DNA of 61,167 nucleotides from Acidobacteriota bacterium (GTDB lineage Bacteria; Acidobacteriota; UBA4820; DSQY01), in assembly GCA_021813555.1 (NCBI GenBank), contig JAKAKG010000120.1:1-61167 (forward strand), written 5' to 3'. Positions 1 through 8,105 of this stretch are shown here, in pieces; the stretch's first letter is position 1; every line of letters starts with the position of its first letter. Below the pieces are notes generated by a model. It did no database searches. It was not told the DNA's origin and worked only from the letters and a program-made list of their open reading frames with translations. The position numbers and the translations under genes are program-made.

Positions 1-127
1 TCGTCAGGGTGGTGAGCTTGGAGTCGAAGTAGTACTTGCTGCGCCGGCCGGAGGCTAGGAGGAAATCGCCGATCTTCAGCGAGCGGGTCTTGAGCAGTTC
101 CTTCAGGCGGTCACGGTCTTTGGACAT
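1..127 (-). CDS. pyrE: Orotate phosphoribosyltransferase, N-terminal part (runs off the window)
   Basis: Hand translation MSKDRDRLKELLKTRSLKIGDFLLASGRRSKYYFDSKLTTLT matches the PyrE F-x-LASG-x-x-S-x-YY-x-D pattern. Not in the ORF track. Confidence 0.85.
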   Translation of the reverse strand, partial: MSKDRDRLKELLKTRSLKIGDFLLASGRRSKYYFDSKLTTLT

Positions 128-162
128 GGGATTCTCCGTAGGACATCAAGGTTTCATGAGTC

Positions 163-277
163 GAGATTAGGAGATGAGGGGATGCCGAGATGAGGACGTA
201 AACCCTCTTCGGCCCTGGGCTTCCTCATTTCGGCATGCCGGCATCTCCGCATCCCCTCATCCCCTCATCCCCTCATC
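163..277. repeat. Paired degenerate octamer arrays (GATGAGGR then YCCTCATC)
   Basis: Purine arm gagatgaggggatgccgagatgagga, then the complementary arm cctcatttcggcatgccgcatctccgcatcccctcatcccctcatcccctcatc. Confidence 0.8.
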
Positions 278-1449
278 ACGGCTGCTGTGAACCTCTCCAA
301 ATGGGACCCCTCCCACGTGAGTTTGCCACAGGACGGGCACGCCGAGAAGCGCTCGTGGGTGAGGTAGGTGTAGGGCGGAACGTGGCCGCGGGCCTGGTCC
401 CGGTCCACGGGCAGGGTCGGTGCGTTGCACGTCACGCATCGCGGAGGCTGCCCGCCGGGGATCGGGCCGAGGGCGGCGAAGACGTTCTTGAGTTGCTCCC
501 GAGGGGTGTCATGGTCCGGGTCGAAGGCTTCGATCCCCCTCTTGGCGCACTGGGCAAGCAGGGGCCTGTCCCTCGTGAGGAGGAGGCGGCCGCTCCTGGT
601 GCACTCCTCCATCAGCCAATCGTCATCGGCCGTGCGGAAGAAGGCCGCGTCCGCGCCCAGGAGCCGGAGGTAGCGGGCCAGCGTGCCCACCATGCAGTCG
701 CAGAAGAACCGCCGTCCGGCGATGGGCTCGTGGCCGAGCCAATGGCGCATCTCGGGGCCGTAGGCGCCGGCGTCGTCCTTGAGGATCAGCGGGGGAAGGG
801 CGATGGGTCCCTTGCCGGGATAGGCGCGGGCCTGGATAAGGACCAGGTGAGGCTCGCGGCCGGGCCGGTCCTGCACGGGCCGGAGAAGCTTGAGGTGAAG
901 GTTCGAGGCGGCGAGGGCGGCTCGGAAATCCTCCGCGCGGGCCGCGGGGATCACGGCGCAGAACCGGCCCGAGGGCGCCAGCGCGCGGGAGGCGGCGGCG
1001 GCCACGTCGGACAGCTCGGCGGAGAAGCTCTGGCGGGCCAGGGCGCGCTCCGGCGTGGCGCTGGTCTGTCCGCGGCCCGCCTCGTGGTAGGGAGGGTTGC
1101 AGACCACCAGGTCGAAGGCGCCAGGTTCGAGGGCCTCCATGGCGCGCAGATCGCCGTGCACGACCTGTCCCCGGCCGCTCCAGCCGTTCTCTTCGAGGTT
1201 GCGGGCCGCGAGGGAGGCCAGCTCCTCCTGAAGTTCGATGCCCGTCAGGCGGGACGGATGGTGGAAGTGGCCCACCAGTAGGAGGAGGATGCCCGAGCCC
1301 GTCCCCAGGTCCAGGACGCGCTCGCCGTCCCGCACCCACGCGAACCCCGCCAAGGCCACCGAATCCACGTTGAAGCGATAGCCGCGCCGGGGCTGGTGGA
1401 CGCGAATCTTGCCCCGCAGAAACGGCGTCAGGGTTGTTTCTGAATCCAT
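265..1449 (-). CDS. tRNA1(Val) m6A37 methyltransferase-like (TrmN6/YfiC) domain fused to a Mut7-C (PIN-like) RNase domain
   Basis: N-half: QPRRGYRFNVDSVAL, VLDLGTGSG, GIELQ, NPPY. C-half: RFFCDCMVGTLARYLRLLG, LLTRD, RCVTCN...CPSCGKLTWEGSH. Start placed at MDSETT. Confidence 0.85.
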   Translation of the reverse strand: MDSETTLTPFLRGKIRVHQPRRGYRFNVDSVALAGFAWVRDGERVLDLGTGSGILLLLVGHFHHPSRLTGIELQEELASLAARNLEENGWSGRGQVVHGDLRAMEALEPGAFDLVVCNPPYHEAGRGQTSATPERALARQSFSAELSDVAAAASRALAPSGRFCAVIPAARAEDFRAALAASNLHLKLLRPVQDRPGREPHLVLIQARAYPGKGPIALPPLILKDDAGAYGPEMRHWLGHEPIAGRRFFCDCMVGTLARYLRLLGADAAFFRTADDDWLMEECTRSGRLLLTRDRPLLAQCAKRGIEAFDPDHDTPREQLKNVFAALGPIPGGQPPRCVTCNAPTLPVDRDQARGHVPPYTYLTHERFSACPSCGKLTWEGSHLERFTAAVMRG

Positions 1450-1462
1450 CAATAACATCTCA

Positions 1463-1630
1463 CCGCAAAGGCGCGAAGGGCGCAAAGCAAAAAAGAAATT
1501 CTCGTGGGATAGACAAACATTCTTGAGTAGGGTAAGCGGCTCAAGGACGGTGTCTGCACTTCTAATCCCTCAGGGCGCGGAACCCCCCAATTGGGATCTT
1601 CCTTCGCGACCCTTGCGGTCTTTGCGGTGG
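1463..1630. repeat. Inverted degenerate repeats (CGCAAAGG-type ... CTTTGCGG-type) around a less GC-rich spacer of about 110 bp
   Basis: caccgcaaaggcgcgaagggcgcaaagc ... cttcgcgacccttgcggtctttgcggtg. Confidence 0.6.
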
Positions 1631-2386
1631 AGTGTCCTTTTCTTTCATTTTGTTGACGACGGCGGCGGCGTACCCGGCGGAGAAGCCGGCGTCCACGTTG
1701 ACCACGACGAGGCCCGGGACGCAGGAGGCGAGCATGGCGAAGAGGGGCGTCCTGCCGTGGTCCTGGACGCCGAACCCCACGGAGGTGGGAACCCCGATGA
1801 CGAGGGCTCCCGCCAGCCCCGCCACGACGGAGGCGAGGGCGCCCTCCATCCCTGCCACGGCGATGACGGCGCGGGCCTCGCGGAGCCTGGGCAGAACGGG
1901 GGCGATGCGGTGCAGGCCCGCCACGCCGGCGTCCGGGAAGTACTCTACCCGCGCGCCAAGGTAGCGCGCCGTCCAGACCGCTTCCTCGGCCACGGGGGCG
2001 TCGCTGGTTCCGCCCGAGACCACCACCACGAGGCCCTCTCCTTCGCCGGGGAGATCGCCGAGATAGGCGAGCCGGGCTTTGGCGTGGTAGGTGAGCCGAG
2101 GGCACCTGCGCTTCACGGCGGCGGCTTTGGGGGCGTCCAGGCGGGTCACGAGGGCGGGCACGTCCTGCGCGCGGAAGGCCTTTAGAATGGCCGCGATTTC
2201 GGAGGCCTCCTTGCCCTCGCCGTAGATGGCCTCGGGGAACCCGCGGCGGATCATTCTGTGGTGGTCCAGCCGCGCGAAGCCCAGGTCTTCGAAGGGGAGG
2301 GAAGCCAAGCGCTCCTCGGCTTCGGCGGGGGACGTGCGGCCCTCGGCCACGGCGGTTAAAAGGCGGCGCAGAGATTCAGGCTTCAT
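1562..2386 (-). CDS. larB: Nickel-pincer cofactor biosynthesis protein LarB (PurE-related)
   Basis: ARLDHHRMIRRGFPEAIYGEGK, GTSDAPVAEEA, AVAGMEGALASVVAGL, VPTSVGFG, NVDAGFSAG. Confidence 0.85.
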   Translation of the reverse strand: MKPESLRRLLTAVAEGRTSPAEAEERLASLPFEDLGFARLDHHRMIRRGFPEAIYGEGKEASEIAAILKAFRAQDVPALVTRLDAPKAAAVKRRCPRLTYHAKARLAYLGDLPGEGEGLVVVVSGGTSDAPVAEEAVWTARYLGARVEYFPDAGVAGLHRIAPVLPRLREARAVIAVAGMEGALASVVAGLAGALVIGVPTSVGFGVQDHGRTPLFAMLASCVPGLVVVNVDAGFSAGYAAAVVNKMKEKDTPPQRPQGSRRKIPIGGFRALRD

Positions 2387-4769
2387 GGGCCTCCAGGACG
2401 AGCAAGGTCAGGTCGTCGGTCTGCCGGGCCCCGCGCTGGAACCGCTCCACCCCTTCGAGGATGGCCTCCACCAGGCCGCGGGCGCCCGCCAGGCGTGCCG
2501 ATTCCAGGGCCGCCTGGAGCCGTTCCATGCCGAACTCCTGGTCTTGCCGGTTCATGGCTTCAGTGACTCCGTCCGTATACAGCACGAGGGCTTCACCGGG
2601 GGCCAGGGTGAGGGTCACCATCTTGAGGCTGTCGAGGAAGAAGTCGTTGCCCATGATGCCCAGGACGAGTCCCCGGGGTTCCAGGACGGACACTCCCGCG
2701 GGCCGGACGAGGAAGGGCGGGTTGTGGCCCGCGGACAGGATTTGAACCTCCCGCGAAACGGGGTCCAGCACGAGGGCGCACAGGGTCAGGAAAATGCCCG
2801 ACTCGCCCAGCCTCCGGAAGAGCTGGTTCAAGCGGCTGAGGATGACCACGTGGTCCGTCTCGGAGGCGGCCATGGCGTGAAGGATGCCCTTCGTGAGGGT
2901 CATGTAGAACGCGGCCCTGACGCCCTTGCCGGACACGTCTCCCAAGAGCAGGAGCCATGTGCCGTTGGGCAGTGGCAGGAAGTCGTAGTAGTCGCCGCCC
3001 ACTTCCATGGCGGGAACGCAGCGCGTGGCCAGGGAGAAGCCGGGGATGCTGGGGGTCTCTTTGGGGAGGAACCGGTCCTGGATCCCCTTGGCGATCTCCA
3101 GCTCCCGGGCGAACCGCTCCCGCTCCCTGATGCGCTGGAGGTACTCCGGCTCATAGGCCTCCAGGCCCACGTGAGAGCGCCCGAAGAGGGCCACCCACAC
3201 GGCCGCGGCGAGGGCGGCGGCCAGAAGGCCCACGCAGAGCCAGCCTTGGATGGACACGGCGGGATAGCGGGCCGTCAGGAGGAGGAAGACGTCCCGCAGG
3301 ACCTGCGGCACGTAGAGGACCATGAGCCCCGCCAGGAGGCCGCTGTGCTCCATGAGCAGGAAGAGGGCGAGACCCAGAAGGAGGGCCAGGCCGAAGGCCA
3401 CGGCGGGCGGCCCCACGGGCAGGAGGCGGGCCGTGGCGAGGGCGAAGAGGATGCAGAACATGATGGATGAGCGGAGGGCCGTGAACCGCACCCTGAGCAA
3501 GGGATAGACGACGCCCAGGAAGAGCGTGCCCACCACCGTCACGGCGGGCAGCGGCCCCAGGAGGGCGTTGCCCACCAGGCTTCCGGGGAAGCGGAGGTTG
3601 CTGAGCTGGAAATCCACGGGCAGGAGCACCAGGGAGAGGCCCCGCCACTGGGTGGCGGCCGCCAGAAGGATCACGGGAATGCCCAGGAAGGTGGCCGCCC
3701 ACGCCGCCGACCAAAGGAGGTGCCGGGCCATCTCCTTCACCTTCCACTGGCCGTTGAAGATCAGGTCAACGAACCGGAGCTTGTCGCTGAACGCGTCCCG
3801 AAGGAGCGATTCGGCCACGGCCCACAGCATGCCAAAGAAGACCGCCGCCAGCACGCTGCCCAGGGCCGCGACGACGAAAGTCGTCAAAATGCCCCCCGTG
3901 GGCTCGCTCACGAGGCGCAGGAAGGCGAGAATCCCGGCCAGGAGCCCCACCTTCTGGGCCCGGCGGAAGTCCATCTCGTCCCGCCTCAGCCGCTGGATGA
4001 GGAGGGCCAGGAAGACGAGGGCGAGAAAGAACCACGTGGCCCCCGTCAGGAGGGGAAGCACGAGGTCCTGCCAGAGGTCCGGCGGAGCCTCCTCGGCGAA
4101 GGTGATGTCCCGTCCGAAGCTCGTCAGAAAGCCCGACTGGAGCTTGACGGTGTACTGGTAGATGAGGCCGGGCAGGTTGTTGACGGGCTGCTTCCACGTG
4201 AAATCGAAGGTCTGCTGGCCTTCCGAATCTCCCTGGGTGGTGGCCGTGAGGGTGAGCCTGCCCACATCCACCCCCGCGAAACGCAGGGCGTCCTCGGCCA
4301 CGCCCCGGGCCTCGTCGGCCGTGAGCTTCTTGGGCGCCGCCTGCTTGCGGGGAGGAATGCTGAGGGCGAGGATCTGTCCCGAGCTGTCCACCTCCACCGT
4401 GAGGGGCGGCTCCCGTTCCTTGAACAACCTGAAATCGGAGAGTTTCTGCGGGGGGTAGGCGTGGTAGATCCAGCGCTGGAGGGGGACCTGCTTGCGGGAC
4501 CAGTAGGAGGCCGCCCGGATGCCGAAGAGCTGCTGCATGCGCTGGATCTTGTCCACGTCCAGCTTTTCGGTGAGACGCAGGTCGAACCGCCCCGGGCTTT
4601 CCAGGAGGTGCTGGGCCGTGGCCTGCACCCGCGCCCTCACGAAGGCCTCGTCGAAGTGGTCCAGGCCCAGAGGCGCGTTGATCTCCGGGTTCACCCATCC
4701 CACGTAGGCCAGGACGCACGCTAGAGCCAGACACACCAAAGCCGCAGGATAAAACACCCTCTTCCACAT
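2376..4769 (-). CDS. Multi-pass membrane protein with a C-terminal PP2C/SpoIIE phosphatase
   Basis: N-terminal TM, extracytoplasmic domain, many TM segments, then AKGIQDRFLP, VGGDYYD, GDVSGKG, SAGHNPP, YTDGVTEA, DDLT. Confidence 0.9.
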   Translation of the reverse strand: MWKRVFYPAALVCLALACVLAYVGWVNPEINAPLGLDHFDEAFVRARVQATAQHLLESPGRFDLRLTEKLDVDKIQRMQQLFGIRAASYWSRKQVPLQRWIYHAYPPQKLSDFRLFKEREPPLTVEVDSSGQILALSIPPRKQAAPKKLTADEARGVAEDALRFAGVDVGRLTLTATTQGDSEGQQTFDFTWKQPVNNLPGLIYQYTVKLQSGFLTSFGRDITFAEEAPPDLWQDLVLPLLTGATWFFLALVFLALLIQRLRRDEMDFRRAQKVGLLAGILAFLRLVSEPTGGILTTFVVAALGSVLAAVFFGMLWAVAESLLRDAFSDKLRFVDLIFNGQWKVKEMARHLLWSAAWAATFLGIPVILLAAATQWRGLSLVLLPVDFQLSNLRFPGSLVGNALLGPLPAVTVVGTLFLGVVYPLLRVRFTALRSSIMFCILFALATARLLPVGPPAVAFGLALLLGLALFLLMEHSGLLAGLMVLYVPQVLRDVFLLLTARYPAVSIQGWLCVGLLAAALAAAVWVALFGRSHVGLEAYEPEYLQRIRERERFARELEIAKGIQDRFLPKETPSIPGFSLATRCVPAMEVGGDYYDFLPLPNGTWLLLLGDVSGKGVRAAFYMTLTKGILHAMAASETDHVVILSRLNQLFRRLGESGIFLTLCALVLDPVSREVQILSAGHNPPFLVRPAGVSVLEPRGLVLGIMGNDFFLDSLKMVTLTLAPGEALVLYTDGVTEAMNRQDQEFGMERLQAALESARLAGARGLVEAILEGVERFQRGARQTDDLTLLVLEAHEA

Positions 4770-4885
4770 CGGGCCCAGGATAAGCCCGCGGGGCCTTTCC
4801 TGCAAACGGGACGAAAGGTTTGTTGATCATGGCCGCGGGGTAGACTAAAATCAATGGTTGGGAAGGTTTGGAGGAAGGAGCGGCT

Positions 4886-5911
4886 TTGATCATTCTACTG
4901 AACCCGGCCATCACGGGCCCCCAGCGCCTGGCCATCGAGGCGGTTCTGGGGTCCAGCGGGGCCCTTCACCACACGCAGACGGGCCCGAGGGGCGACGTGA
5001 TGGTGGTGACGGCCAACCCCGGGGGGCTCACCCCGGACCAGCTCCTGGGTATGCCCGGCGTGGCGGGGGCTATGCCCGCGGGGCAGGGGTACGTCCAGGC
5101 CGGCCGCGAGATGCATCCCGCGGATACGGTGGTGCGCGTCATGGGCGCGGACGTGGGCGGCTCCGCGTTCCTTCTGGCCGCAGGTCCCTGCGCGGTGGAA
5201 TCGGAGGCCCAGATGGAGGCTTGCGCCGCGGCCGTTGCGGCCGCAGGCGGGAGGATCCTTCGGGGCGGTTCCTTCAAGCCCAGGACGAGCCCCTACTCCT
5301 TTCAGGGCTTGGGCGCGGAGGGCCTGCGCATCCACCGCGCCGCCGCGGACCGGCACGGCCTCATCATGATGAGCGAGGTGCTGGACCGGGAGGACCTTCC
5401 CCTCGTGGCCGAGGTGGCCGACGTGCTCCAGGTGGGAAGCAGGAACATGCAGAACTTCCCGCTTCTGCGCGCCCTTGGGAAACAGCCGAAACCGGTCCTC
5501 CTCAAACGGGGTCTGGCGGCCACGCGGGAGGAGTTCCTCCTCGCGGCCGAGTACATCCTCTCCGGCGGCAACCCCGGGGTGATCCTCTGCGAGCGGGGCA
5601 TCCGGTCCTTCGACCCGAGCCTTCGCCACAGCCTGGACCTGGCCTCCGTGGTCATTCTCAAGGAGATGACGCACCTGCCGGTCCTCGTAGATCCTTCCCA
5701 CGCCACGGGCCGGAGGACCTTGGTCACACCCATGGCCCGTGCCGCCGCCGTGTGCGGGGCCGACGGGCTTCTGCTGGAAGTCCATCCCGAGCCCGGCAGG
5801 GCCCTCTCCGACGGGCCCCAGGCCATCCTTCCCGAGGACCTGCTGAGGTTGAGCGCGGACTTGAGGGCCCTGGTCCCCGTGGTAGGACGGACCTTCGGCG
5901 GGGTGCCGTGA
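4886..5911 (+). CDS. aroF: 3-deoxy-7-phosphoheptulonate (DAHP) synthase, class I-beta
   Basis: AGPCAVES, RGGSFKPRTSPYSFQG, GSRNMQNF, LCERGIRSF, DPSH. TTG start after AGGAG. Confidence 0.9.
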   Translation: MIILLNPAITGPQRLAIEAVLGSSGALHHTQTGPRGDVMVVTANPGGLTPDQLLGMPGVAGAMPAGQGYVQAGREMHPADTVVRVMGADVGGSAFLLAAGPCAVESEAQMEACAAAVAAAGGRILRGGSFKPRTSPYSFQGLGAEGLRIHRAAADRHGLIMMSEVLDREDLPLVAEVADVLQVGSRNMQNFPLLRALGKQPKPVLLKRGLAATREEFLLAAEYILSGGNPGVILCERGIRSFDPSLRHSLDLASVVILKEMTHLPVLVDPSHATGRRTLVTPMARAAAVCGADGLLLEVHPEPGRALSDGPQAILPEDLLRLSADLRALVPVVGRTFGGVP

Positions 5912-7296
5912 TGCGCCTCTACAACAGCCTCACCCGGCGCGTGGAGCCCTTCCAGAGCCTGGACCCCGGGGTGGTGCGCATGTACACCTGCGGCCCGACG
6001 GTCTACGACGTCGCGCACATCGGCAACTTCCGCACCTTCCTCGCCGAGGACCTGCTCAAGCGCTTCCTGCTTTGGACCGGCATGAAGGTCCACCACGTCA
6101 AGAACCTCACGGACATCGACGATCGCACCATCGCCCGCGCCAACCGCGAAGGGGTGAGCCTGCGCGACCTCACCGACCACTACGCGGCCCTCTTCTTCGA
6201 AGACATGAAGACGCTCAATTGCCTGCCCGCCGACGAGTACCCCCGGGCCACGGACCACATCCCCGAGATGCTGGCCCTCGTGGCGCGCATGGAGCACAAC
6301 GGCCATACCTACCTCAGCCAGGGCTCGGTGTACTTCCGCGTGGCCAGCCTCCCCGAATACGGGGCCCTGTGCACGGTGGACCTGAGCGGCAACCTGGACG
6401 GCGCGCGGGTGGACAGCGACCACTACGACAAGGAGTCGGCCAGGGATTTCGTGCTGTGGAAGGGCGCCAAAGAGAGGGAGCCGAGCTGGGAGAGCCCCTG
6501 GGGCCCCGGCCGCCCCGGCTGGCACCTGGAGTGCTCGGCCATGAGCGCCAAGTACTTGGGTGAAGTCTTCGACCTTCATACGGGCGGGGTGGACCTGGTT
6601 TTCCCCCACCACGAAAACGAGATCGCCCAGAGCCGAGGTGCCACGGGCAAGTCCCCGGCGCGCCACTGGATGCACATGGAGCACCTCCTGGTGAACGGGG
6701 AGAAGATGAGCAAATCCCTGGGCAACTTCTACACGCTCAGAGACCTGCTGGAGAAGGGCGCGGACCCCATGGCCCTGCGCTACCTGCTCCTCTCCGTCTC
6801 CTACCGGAAGCAGCTCAACTTCACCTTCGAGGCCCTGGACGCGGCCAAGGCCGCCCTTGGGAGACTGCGCGACTTCGCCGCGAGGATGGAGGGTGCGGTT
6901 CCAGCCTCCGAGCCCAATCCCGGCTTGGCACAGGCCATCGAGGGGCACCGGCGGGCATTCAAGGAGGCCCTGGAGGACGACCTGAATTCGGCCGTGGCCC
7001 TCTCCGCCCTCTTCGATGCCCTGCGGGCCTGCAACACGGCCATGGACGCGGGCGCCTTCTGTACCGCGTCCCAAACTTCCATGGCCGGGTTCCTCGCCGA
7101 TTTCGAGGCGGTCTTCGGGATCCCCCTGAAGGTGGCCCACTCCCTCGAAGCGGAGGTGGAGGCCCTCATCGCGAAGCGCCAGGAGGCGCGGAAGGCCAAG
7201 GACTTCAAGGAGGCGGACCGCATCCGCGACGACCTCAAGGCCCGCGGCATCCTCCTCGAAGACGGCCCTCAGGGCGTGCGGTGGAAGAAGTCGTGA
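5911..7296 (+). CDS. cysS: Cysteine--tRNA ligase
   Basis: MYTCGPTVYDVAHIGN, PGWHLECSAM, KMSKSLGN, ADRIRDDL. ATG overlaps the aroF stop. Confidence 0.97.
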   Translation: MRLYNSLTRRVEPFQSLDPGVVRMYTCGPTVYDVAHIGNFRTFLAEDLLKRFLLWTGMKVHHVKNLTDIDDRTIARANREGVSLRDLTDHYAALFFEDMKTLNCLPADEYPRATDHIPEMLALVARMEHNGHTYLSQGSVYFRVASLPEYGALCTVDLSGNLDGARVDSDHYDKESARDFVLWKGAKEREPSWESPWGPGRPGWHLECSAMSAKYLGEVFDLHTGGVDLVFPHHENEIAQSRGATGKSPARHWMHMEHLLVNGEKMSKSLGNFYTLRDLLEKGADPMALRYLLLSVSYRKQLNFTFEALDAAKAALGRLRDFAARMEGAVPASEPNPGLAQAIEGHRRAFKEALEDDLNSAVALSALFDALRACNTAMDAGAFCTASQTSMAGFLADFEAVFGIPLKVAHSLEAEVEALIAKRQEARKAKDFKEADRIRDDLKARGILLEDGPQGVRWKKS

Positions 7297-7298
7297 CC

Positions 7299-7385
7299 AG
7301 GGGACTAGGGGACTAGGGGAATAGGGGACTGGGGAGAGACGTCGAGCAGTGGCCTGACTCCCTGCTCCCCGCTCCCTGCTCCCGA
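7299..7385. repeat. GGGGACTA octamer array followed by a CTCCCTG heptamer array
   Basis: ggggactaggggactaggggaataggggactgggg ... ctccctgctccccgctccctgctcccg. Confidence 0.8.
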
Positions 7386-7394
7386 AAATAAAAC

Positions 7395-7808
7395 ATGCTG
7401 ACGAACTGCGACGACCCTGCTTTGAAAGCCAAACTCGACGAGACGGCCTCCGTGGCGCTGCTCAAGGCCGTGGCGGAGGCCGCGAAGGTGACGGGCGTCG
7501 CCCTGCGCCTGGCGCCCGAAGCGAGCTACCTGGAGCTGGCGGGGACCACGCCCGTGGCGGGCCATCCCAACCGGGCCCTCATGAAGGTCTTCCCCATCGG
7601 GCCCGGCCGCTGCGCCGCGTTCTTCTACAAGCGGAGCCAGGTGCCCTTCAGCCGCGACCGGTTCGCCTACGGGGCGGTCATCGCGGAGGAGGCGCGGTTC
7701 ACCGCGCAGGCCGCGGAGGCGTGGTTCCGCTGGCTCGACTCGGGGTTCCATCCCGAGCAGGCGCCGGAGGGCCTCAAGCGCGCCTTTGCGTTCACCGTGC
7801 CGGATTGA
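7395..7808 (+). CDS. Hypothetical protein (137 aa)
   Basis: Typical codon usage, no recognisable motif. Confidence 0.65.
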   Translation: MLTNCDDPALKAKLDETASVALLKAVAEAAKVTGVALRLAPEASYLELAGTTPVAGHPNRALMKVFPIGPGRCAAFFYKRSQVPFSRDRFAYGAVIAEEARFTAQAAEAWFRWLDSGFHPEQAPEGLKRAFAFTVPD

Positions 7809-7813
7809 GGGAT

Positions 7814-7846
7814 AGTGAAAAGTGAGGAGTGAGGAGTGAGGAGCGG
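7814..7846. repeat. GTGAGGA heptamer array
   Basis: gtgaaaagtgaggagtgaggagtgaggagc just after the 7808 stop. Confidence 0.75.
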
Positions 7847-7891
7847 GACAGTACTCCGTCTCGCGTCTCGCCCTTATACGCCTTCCTCGAT

Positions 7892-8005
7892 TTACCTGAA
7901 CAGCTTCAGAAATCTGAACAGCAGGAGCCCCATCAGGAAAATCAGGTAGAACCTGAGGAAGTAGAGGGCGAATTTTGTCATGGGCGTCATGGTCACGCGG
8001 GGCAT
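7892..8005 (-). CDS. Small single-TM protein (37 aa), last gene of the NRAMP operon
   Basis: MPRVTMTPMTKFALYFLRFYLIFLMGLLLFRFLKLFR; co-oriented, about 100 nt downstream of the CBS gene; LRxYL motif. Confidence 0.6.
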   Translation of the reverse strand: MPRVTMTPMTKFALYFLRFYLIFLMGLLLFRFLKLFR

Positions 8006-8025
8006 GGGGAGGCCCCTGAAGGAAA

Positions 8026-8051
8026 TTCGGAATTCGGAATTCGGAATTCGA
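8026..8051. repeat. AATTCGG heptamer tandem repeat
   Basis: aattcggaattcggaattcggaattcg. Confidence 0.8.
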
Positions 8052-8105
8052 AACTCGAGAAGCAGGACAGGGAAGGTGGAGTGAGGAATCCGCAAGGCGT
8101 TCTCA

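Noticed and set aside
1490-1600. Possible GxxExxY gene remnant between inverted repeats (reads KRLKDGV in one frame)
   Set aside because: Only a few residues match and a stop lies immediately upstream; too weak to call.
4858-5910. Apparent 350-aa N-terminal extension of CysS (812-aa ORF)
   Set aside because: It is an off-frame reading of aroF; CysS starts at ATG 5911.
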